From the NCBI GenBank assembly GCA_000388065.2, contig KB932204.1: a DNA stretch of 13,127 bases. The stretch is one strand, 5' to 3'. Position numbers and translations under genes: made by a program. Below are positions 1-8,584 of this stretch, in pieces. The DNA is from Fonticula alba ATCC 38817. Taxonomy: Eukaryota; Protista; Nucleariida. Below the pieces are notes generated by a model. The model did not search any database and was not told the DNA's origin. It saw nothing but the letters and a program-made list of their open reading frames with translations. Numbering within the stretch: the stretch's first letter is position 1; every line of letters starts with the position of its first letter.

Positions 1-52
1 CCCGGAGAGATCGCGCGCGCGTTCAGGGGGGAGGGGGAAAAGTGCGCGCGCA

Positions 53-800
53 TTTCCCGCCTATAGGCGGGGCCCCCTGGCAGCTAGGCGGCTGGGGTTC
101 TGGCGCGGAAGTTCGACCAGAAAGAGAGGAATATGTCTATTCTGGAGGGCGAGTGACCTCCGGGCGCGCGGCCAGGGGTTGCGCTCCCGGCATCCGGATG
201 CGCGCGCACACATCGCCGCACACACGCCCATCTGGGGGAAGGCGGGGGGGGGGGGGGGGGATGGGTGGCGCACACACACACACACACACACGCCATATCT
301 TCGCGCCCGCATGCGCGCAGGGGACGCACCAGCTGGAGAAATACGGCACCAAGGCCCAGGGTGCACCACTGCCTCGGGCAGCCATCCTGTTCGCCTTATG
401 TAGCCTGCGATCCACACACGCGCACACCCACAGAGGGCGGAGGGGGTGGAGAACGCGGGCGGCGTGGCGCAGGACCAGAATGCAGCCATCGACGCCACGG
501 CGCCTGCCCAAAGCGCCGCCTCCGGCAGGAGGCCGGGGGCGCGCACACGCGCGCGCTCGCGCCCAGAGGGTACGGGGGGAGGCGCGAAAGAAATTCGACA
601 CCCGGGGAAAGAGGGGTAGGGCGCACTTCCCGCCCAAGCGTCCCCGCGTCCGCAGGCGCGCCACCGGCCCCAGGCAGGGCGCCTTTGCCCGACCGATTGG
701 TCCCCCGGAGATGGCGCTCAGTTCTCAGATTCCAGAGAGCATGAGCCACAGCTGGGGGAGAAGTGCGCGCCAAGAAAAAAATTAGCCCGCCCTTTCGCGG
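53..800. promoter_or_regulatory. Putative promoter-like region with E2F/SCB-type motifs and a CCAAT box (target gene not identified)
   Basis: TTTCCCGC 53-60, GCGCGAAA 582-589, TTCCCGCC 627-634, TTTCGCGG 793-800, and GACCAATCG on the minus strand 702-694 (matches NF-Y consensus RRCCAATSR). No credible CDS here. Motif matches only. Confidence 0.3.
244..291. repeat. G17 homopolymer (244-260) and (CA)10 microsatellite (271-291)
   Basis: Read directly from the sequence. Explains the HTHT/VCVC and poly-G/P runs in the ORF track. Confidence 0.95.
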
Positions 801-871
801 GTTTCCGGACACAACAGCGTGTCTACGGTGCGGATGTGGGGCCAGACTCGGGCCCCGCCTCGTTTCCACGC

Positions 872-991
872 NNNNNNNNNNNNNNNNNNNNNNNNNNNNN
901 NNNNNNNNNNNNNNNNNNNNNNNNNNNNNNNNNNNNNNNNNNNNNNNNNNNNNNNNNNNNNNNNNNNNNNNNNNNNNNNNNNNNNNNNNNN
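872..991. other. Assembly gap (120 N)
   Basis: Run of n, followed by a C run at 992. Confidence 0.99.
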
Positions 992-2850
992 CCCCCCCCG
1001 GCGGGCACCACACTCTCACACCGAGCAAGAGCAGGGTCAGCCGGCTCCTCCTCCGCCTCCGCCCCCGCAGCCTCCCATGCCATGGGCCGCCGGGGCGGTG
1101 GATGCCATGTCTTGGTCGGGGGGACCGCGCCCCGGCGCCGGCCGCGTGCACAACCGCCAGGCAGCCACAGTCGCCTGCTGGCGCCAATGCCTCACTCCTC
1201 CCCTCGCCCCTGCGGGCCCCAAAAGGGCATTGGGCCCGACTTTGCGCGCTGGCGAGAACCTCGCAGCCACACACACACACACATACAGATCGGTCGCCCC
1301 CTTCGTACCCGAGGGAAGACGCCTTCGGGAAAGGGGCCGGTCGACGTGCGCACATCGGTGACCGCCGGGCGGAGGACATCATGCCTGGCGGCGGCCGCCT
1401 TCTTTGGCGGGAACACGCGCGCGCTTTTTCCCCCGGCAGGAATTCGCCCGCCCTCCGCTCGGGCCGACTCCCTGGACCCCTGGCACAGGCACCACCCAGG
1501 AGCAAGGGAAGCCGAGTGCCCAGGAACAGGCCCGGCCCCAATGCCTCCCGGCTCCCGAAAAAAGTGTCAGGAGCTCGCGCGCCGTGTCCCCCGGCCACAT
1601 CGGCCACATCGACCACCGACCGCCGTCCGGCCTCTCCCTCGCCTTCCCCCCCCCCCCCCCCCCGGACTTCCAGCGATATGAAAAAAAGAGGAATCCCACC
1701 TGGCGGGTCTCATGGTGTCCTCCCCCGCCGGCCTCTCACCGCCTCCAGCCACCCTCACTGGGCGTGGAGACGGCCCCGGAGTCGCCTTTGCCACACGGCC
1801 CGGGAGGCAGACGCCCGCAAAGCCGTGGCCGAGACCCACGGAAAAGGCCTCGCGCCGCACCCCTTTTGCCCCTCGCGTGTCGGGGCCGCACCAGCCGAAC
1901 GCGCCCGGGCAAGGACGACCTCGGCCCGGCCTCTGTCTCAAGGTCGGCGAGCAGTCCGCGGCAGCGATAGCAGACGGGGCGCCGCCGATGCTGACGGTGC
2001 ACACGGCCAAGGGTACGGCAACGCATAATTAAGAAGCCCTGGGACACCCCTCGTCGCGGGGCCTCGCTCGCCGCACGGCCCCGGGAGGCAGGCGCATTCT
2101 ATTCTCCTGTGCTGGTAGCTTGTCTACCAGAATCCCGCGAGGGCCAGTCCGTGCGGCCTCTCCCTGGCGAGAGTCGAACCAGAGAGGGAAACAATAACAG
2201 GGGGAAATGGCCTTTTTTAACCCGCTTCGATATTACAAGCCCCCCTCCCCTGCTCCCACGATGGGTCCAGCTCGCTATCTCACCCTCCGGAAGAATGGGC
2301 GTCTTAGTGTTTCAAACCCCGATAATCGCGGTTATGGGGGCTCATCTTACCCCCGGCAGCTGCCGCCTGGGCGCGCGACACTCACACCAGGCGGGAGATG
2401 GCCACCGCGCCCTGCCCGCACCGCCCCAGCGGCCCCGCCCGGTGGCCCCTCCCCCATAGGGCCCGGCTGGCGTTGGGCGAGCGCGCGCGCGCGCGCAGCA
2501 TGCACACAAAAATACATGGGGCTCGGGGAGGCGGGGAGTGACTTATCCGGAGGGCGCGGGCATGTCGGCAAATATGCCCCAGCAAATCATGGCACATATC
2601 GTGCGAACCAAACGATAGTTGCGTCAAATGCTAGTGTCATCACGTGTGTGACCACACCACCACCACACACGCGATCGGTCTCGTTTGTTGGGCCTCTCCT
2701 TCGGAGGGCCTCCTGCCTCCCCGCCCCCCCTCCTTGCCGGCGCCTTCACCCGCACTTCGCGTGCATGTGTGCAAATACACAAACTGAAAAATCTACTTCT
2801 ATTTTGCCAGGAGCAAAGAGGCCCGGACCAGGCAGGAGGGGGGGGGGGGG

Positions 2851-2920
2851 NNNNNNNNNNNNNNNNNNNNNNNNNNNNNNNNNNNNNNNNNNNNNNNNNN
2901 NNNNNNNNNNNNNNNNNNNN
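2851..2920. other. Assembly gap (70 N), probably hiding the bL28m stop codon
   Basis: Run of n between G13 (2838-2850) and the 12-mer coding repeat. Confidence 0.99.
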
Positions 2921-2961
2921 GTCTCGGCCTCGGTCTCAAGCTCAGTCTCGGCCTCGGTCTC
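2921..2961 (-). repeat. Coding 12-bp minisatellite (GAGACCGAGGCC-like) encoding ETEA-ETEL-ETEA-ET
   Basis: GAGACCGAGGCC GAGACTGAGCTT GAGACCGAGGCC GAGAC on the minus strand, running into the gap. Confidence 0.9.
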
Positions 2962-3714
2962 GTAATCCTCATCGTCATCAAGGAACTCCTCCTCCACGTC
3001 GACAATCTCCTCATCCTCCGCGGAGTCGGAGTCAGAGGCGTTGAAGAACTCGGCGCGCGCGGCGGCATGCGAGGCAGCCATCTCCTCGGCGGCCTGCAGC
3101 TGGGCCGCAGAGATCATGTCCTCCTTCTGCGGATCCACCTGGTGGTACAGGACGCTGCTCAGGTCACCGGTGAAAGCCCCAGCACCGAGGCGCTGCTGCT
3201 GGAGGAGCCGATTGGTGGTGGCGACGGCAGGCTTGGCCTCGTACGAGGCATCCAGGCCATACTTGACCGTCAGCCGGGCGCGTTGGACCGCATCCTCGAG
3301 AGACCCACCGACCTGGTCAATCAGGCGCTGGCGCAGGGACTGCGCGAGTTCACTGTCCTCGAACTTGCGCGGATGGCTAGTCAGCAGGTAGGCGTCGATA
3401 CCGCCAGCCTTGTCGATGCAGCGCATGGCATGGGTGGTGACCGGTACGCGGACGAAATCATTGAGGATGAAGCTGAAGAAGCGCTTGCGCTGGGTCGTCA
3501 TGGCCACCAACAGAGAAAGTCCACAGGGGAAGGAGGGAGGGGGGGGGGAGAGGAATGGGAGGGGGTGAGGCATGTTAGCGGCCATTCTTTGGCCATACGT
3601 GAGCATGTGGTCGTGTGCAGGAGGCGAACCTTGATGTTCGGGAGCCAGGTGCGGCGGGTCTTGCGCTCCGAGTGGCTGACGTTGTTGCCGTGGAGAACGG
3701 TCTTGCCGTGGAGG
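2921..3714 (-). CDS. MRPL28: Mitochondrial ribosomal protein bL28m (yeast MrpL24 / human MRPL28 family), partial at both ends
   Basis: Exon 3714-3630 gives LHGKTVLHGNNVSHSERKTRRTWLPNIK. A phase-0 intron 3629-3490 (GTTCGC...CCCAG, CTAAC at 3578-3574) joins it to exon 3489-2921, RKRFFSFILNDFVRVPVTTHAMRCIDKAGGIDAYLL... The spliced product matches the L28 signature GNNVSHS..KTRR.W.PN...K...S..L...V.V.VTT...R.IDK.GG.D.YLL. The start lies in or beyond gap 3715-3879; the stop probably lies in gap 2851-2920. Confidence 0.92.
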
Positions 3715-3879
3715 NNNNNNNNNNNNNNNNNNNNNNNNNNNNNNNNNNNNNNNNNNNNNNNNNNNNNNNNNNNNNNNNNNNNNNNNNNNNNNNNNNNNNN
3801 NNNNNNNNNNNNNNNNNNNNNNNNNNNNNNNNNNNNNNNNNNNNNNNNNNNNNNNNNNNNNNNNNNNNNNNNNNNNNNN
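3715..3879. other. Assembly gap (165 N) covering the 5' part of bL28m
   Basis: Run of n. Confidence 0.99.
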
Positions 3880-4571
3880 GAGGCGCGGGAAGGGGCGAGG
3901 GCAATCCGACAAGCAGGACACCATGCGCGAGTGGGGGGGGAGAGACGCGGAGGAGGAGGGGAACGGCGAGGCAAGAGGCAGGGAGGAGGAGGAGGAGGAG
4001 GAGGGCGAAGGGGAGGGGGCTGGCTGGCTGGCGAGGTGGGGTGTTGGGAGACGGGGACGGGGAGGGAGGGGGGGAGGAGAAGAGACAGGGCTCCAGATGG
4101 CGCTGGTTCGCGGGACGCTCAGGGAGTCGCGCGGGGGCTGAAAACAAGGGCAAAGGTCCCTTCCGCCAGTAAAGAGGGGTGGATCATGCCAGGCAGTCCG
4201 CGGCCAGGGGCGCGGGGGCCCGTGCAAGGAGCGACCCTCCAGGCGGTCGGGATTGCGGTCCTCCGCCCTACCGGCGGCCAGAGCGTCTTCCAGGACTCCC
4301 GGCAAGGACGGGATGAACAGCGGCACGGGGGGATCACTCGACCCTATTGGTGTTCAAGTGCAGGCACCTCCCCCAGGCGGGGACCAAACAGCATTGAGTC
4401 CGCAACACTCGGCTGAAGGCGTGTTTCGGGCCCGGACTGATGGGGCCCGGCGACCATCATGGCAGGGCCCAACGCCGGTGAATGAAATTGCCAACCAAAG
4501 GACCCCACGAAGGGAGGGTAAACCCCCAAAGAATGACGTTCCAGTACGTGATCAATGCTTCAAACACATGT

Positions 4572-4580
4572 CCATTGGCT
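4572..4580 (-). promoter_or_regulatory. CCAAT box (NF-Y/HAP type) in the bL28m-PCNA divergent intergenic region
   Basis: The minus strand reads AGCCAATGG, an exact match to RRCCAATSR, in a locally AT-richer patch. A second core ATTGG lies at 4346-4350. Confidence 0.4.
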
Positions 4581-4995
4581 TGTGTTCTTGACCGTTAAAT
4601 TCAAATGGCTGCCCCTGACACGACCTGTGCCTGAGGCTGCGCGAGATGGCCGAGATCCCGGTGGCGCGCCCCCCGTCTGTCTGGCAAACGTCGTGGCCAC
4701 TGTTGCCACCGTCGCTGCCACCGTCGCTGCCGCCGCCGCGCCGCGCCGACCGCCTCAGCCACTGCTCCACTCCTTGACGCCCAGCAGGGGAGGGCGGCGC
4801 TTGGCCCCTTCTGTGGTCGAAGACCCAGGTACCGCGCCGAGCTATTGCGTTGGCGGGGAAAAAACCGTCGCCGCCGCCCACGGTTCGCATCTGATGAGGC
4901 GAGCGTCCCCCGGCATGGGTGTCTTTGATGCCAGCTCTGCCACGGGAAACCCGGCTGGCCTGGTGTTCGGCCTTTCTTCAGCATTCTGTGGTCCT

Positions 4996-4997
<2 letters not shown>

Positions 4998-5039
<42 letters not shown>
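4998..5039. repeat. C42 homopolymer
   Basis: 42 consecutive C. The exact length may be unreliable in the assembly. Confidence 0.9.
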
Positions 5040-5041
<2 letters not shown>

Positions 5042-5361
5042 TAGACATGTGTGGACGGGCGGGGACGGGTAGGCGGGGGGCGTTTGGCTCCCCGGCTTTG
5101 GGAGCAGGAAGAGCGCAGAAGGCAGGAAAAGTGGCCAAATGCTACGGGTGGATCACCTTTTCGGCCTGCGGGGTGTACTTTCTTGGCCCGAGCCGTTGGG
5201 CATCCCGCCTTGTGTTTTTTTTCCCTCCCCTTTGTACGACGGCGCCCCCCTACTCCACTCTCCCCTACAGCCATCCACCCACCACTCCCTCTATCTGTCT
5301 TTCTATTCGCATCCCCACGCGCCCACACGTGCAGACTCTTCCCCCTCCCCTGCCCCCCTCT

Positions 5362-5379
5362 CTGACCCTTTTCGCACAG
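5362..5379 (+). other. Putative branch point and 3' splice site of a PCNA 5'UTR intron
   Basis: CTGAC (5362-5366), then CCTTTTCGCA and CAG (5377-5379), 22 nt before the ATG. A candidate donor GTACGA lies at 5234. Confidence 0.45.
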
Positions 5380-5401
5380 CCCCTTCCCACCGCATTCCAC
5401 C

Positions 5402-6579
<1,178 letters not shown>

Positions 6580-6691
6580 AAGTGCCTGCCGGCCTCCTCC
6601 CTCCCCCCCCCCCTCCCCGTCTAGCACCTCTTGTCCTTGTTCCCCTACACGTCACTCCCTCTCCCCCCCACCGTACCGCCCTCCGGTATTT

Positions 6692-6697
6692 AATAAA
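6692..6697 (+). terminator. Polyadenylation signal AATAAA for PCNA
   Basis: Canonical hexamer 112 nt after the TAA, in the most AT-rich spot of the intergenic region. Confidence 0.6.
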
Positions 6698-6930
6698 GTT
6701 ACCTCGAAGCTACGTACCATTCCCCCCTTTTCCCGGCCCCTCTCCTCCCTTTCCCGCTCGTCCTTCCGTCCGGCTTCCCTCCGCATGGGGTATCTCTATT
6801 TCAATCTGGGGTGTGGTGTATGGCCACCGACACGTGCGAATATCACCAGCCAGGCCCTTGTGCCCGCAGCACAGCGAAGGGCAGGCCGGGGGGGGGGGGG
6901 GGGAGGGAAGGGGGATGCCGTGCGCCACCA

Positions 6931-8510
6931 TCACAGCTGGCACCGGCCCGGGTACCGGGGGAAGGGGATGGCATCGCGAATGTTGGTCATCCCGGTGAGG
7001 ACCATGATCAAACGCTCGAAGCCGATGCCAAAGCCACCGTGCGGCACAGTGCCATACCGGCGAAGGTCCGTGTACCAGGCATAGGCCTCCGGACAAAGAC
7101 CGGCCCCGGCGATGGCCTGCTCCAGGCGGTCGAGGCGCTCCTCACGGACTGACCCGCCAATCAGCTCACCCACCCCGGGGACCAGCATGTCCATGGCAGC
7201 CACGGTTGGCCGGGCCGGGTCGGCATGATCATTTTGCCGCATATAGAAAGGCTTCAGCGCCTGGGGGTAGTCCACCACATAGACCGGCTGTCCGGCGAAC
7301 ACCCGCTCGCACAGGAAGCGCTCATGGTCCGAAGAGAGGTTGTCGCCCCAAGCCAGGGGGGGAAGGGCCGGCGCGGTGTGGGTGGCTCCCTCGGCATCTG
7401 AGCCAGCATGGCCAACCAGGAAGGACGTCGCCCCGCGAGCCTCGCGCTCCAGGATGTCGATGGCCTCGGTGTAGGTGATCACCGGGAAGGGGTTCGGGCC
7501 ATCGGGGGGTCCCGAGCCGACAAAGCCTGCCAGACGCTCGCCCAACCCGGGGGAGTTCTTCTCAAGGTGCTCCTTCAAACAACAGGTCAGAGTCTGGACG
7601 TAGAGTGGAAGAGCGGGCGCGAGAAGCAGACGGAAGGACGGAGAGATGGAAGGAAAAATGAATCCAACACCAAAGGCATGCGTACCAGATCCTCCGGGCA
7701 TCGGGACAAAATCGCGGCGATATTCGACCGGAAAAGGGTCGATGTTAGGCCGACAATGTCCTGGATCGAGCGGATGAATGCCACCTCGGCTTCGAGCATC
7801 CAAAACTCGCTCAGGTGCCGCGAGGTGTGGGAGTTTTCCGCGCGGAAGGTTGGCCCAAAGGTGTAGACCCGGGACAGGCCACAAGCGGCGGCCTCCAGCT
7901 TCGAGAGGTGGGATCGGTTGCAAGCTGTCAGGAGGAGGGGAGAGAGAGAGAGGGGGGGGGGGGCAGAGAGAAAGAGGCATAGAGACAGGAGGCATCCGTA
8001 GGATGGCCGGTTGGGCTCGCACCTGGAGCTGGCCACTGACCGTCAGGTAGGACGGGCTGCCGAAGTAATGCTGCTGTCCATCGGGGCTGGTAGCGGTGGT
8101 GCTGGCGCCATCCCCATCGAAGATTGGCCCCTTAACTTCGAAAGTCTCCCCGGCACCCTCGCAGTCGTTGGTGGTGAGAATCGGCGTGTGGATGTGCACG
8201 AAGCCCAGATTCTGAAGGTGGTGTGCGCGGGCGGGGGGTGAATTTAGGGTGAAGGCAAGGGTTGGGGGGGGGGGGGGGGGGGGGAGGACGCACGTCGAGG
8301 ATGTGGTGCATGGACTTGGAGGAGGCGTCGCGAACACGCAGAACCGAGCCGAAATTGCGTGTCTTCGGCCTCAGGTGCGAGATATCGCGCAGGAACTCCG
8401 GTCGGTGGAACTTCTTCTGCAAAGGGAAGGTCTACAAGAGCAGGAAGATGGCACATGAATCCCATGATCCGGGAGGCAAGCAGTTTCGGGTGAGGAGTTG
8501 GCCAGAGGGA

Positions 8511-8584
<74 letters not shown>

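Noticed and set aside
1988-2014. MLTVHTAKG, resembling the UvrD/Srs2 helicase motif T[IV]HxAKGLE, followed by a donor-like GTACGG
   Set aside because: The frame stops five codons later, no downstream exon supplying LE[FW] is visible before bL28m, and no other helicase motif is present upstream. It is probably chance, though HHpred/BLASTX of 1700-2030 would settle it.
42-2032. Long ORFs 42-785, 396-1616, 763-2028 and overlapping ones
   Set aside because: Low-complexity R/P/G/A translations open in several frames on both strands, spanning microsatellites and N-gaps, with no recognisable domain. This is expected in stop-poor GC-rich DNA.
2140-2290. tRNA gene suggested by GGTTCGACTC and a loose A-box (TAGCGAGCTGG) on the minus strand
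   Set aside because: The T-stem has two mismatches, no acceptor stem pairs in the correct register, and no anticodon arm is evident.
3880-3924. Minus-strand ATG at 3924 (MVSCLSDCPRPFPRL) as the bL28m start
   Set aside because: It cannot be linked across the gap, does not resemble a presequence, and lies in pyrimidine-rich sequence that looks like intron or UTR. The start is left unassigned.
3067-4416. 449-aa plus-strand ORF, and similar ORFs at 5303-6094, 7408-7866, 11082-11849 and 11515-12300
   Set aside because: These are antisense or alternative-frame shadows of the real genes, produced by GC3-rich codon usage.
4880-4960. Hammerhead ribozyme core (CTGATGA at 4891-4897, GAAAC at 4947-4951)
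   Set aside because: Stem II is separated from GAAA by four extra nucleotides and lacks the closing C, and no stem I/III with an NUH cleavage triplet can be formed.
7350-7440. Possible small intron explaining the extra ~25 aa in AsnRS exon 5
   Set aside because: The frame is open, and there is no GTRCG donor or pyrimidine tract with YAG. It is better explained as a protein insertion.
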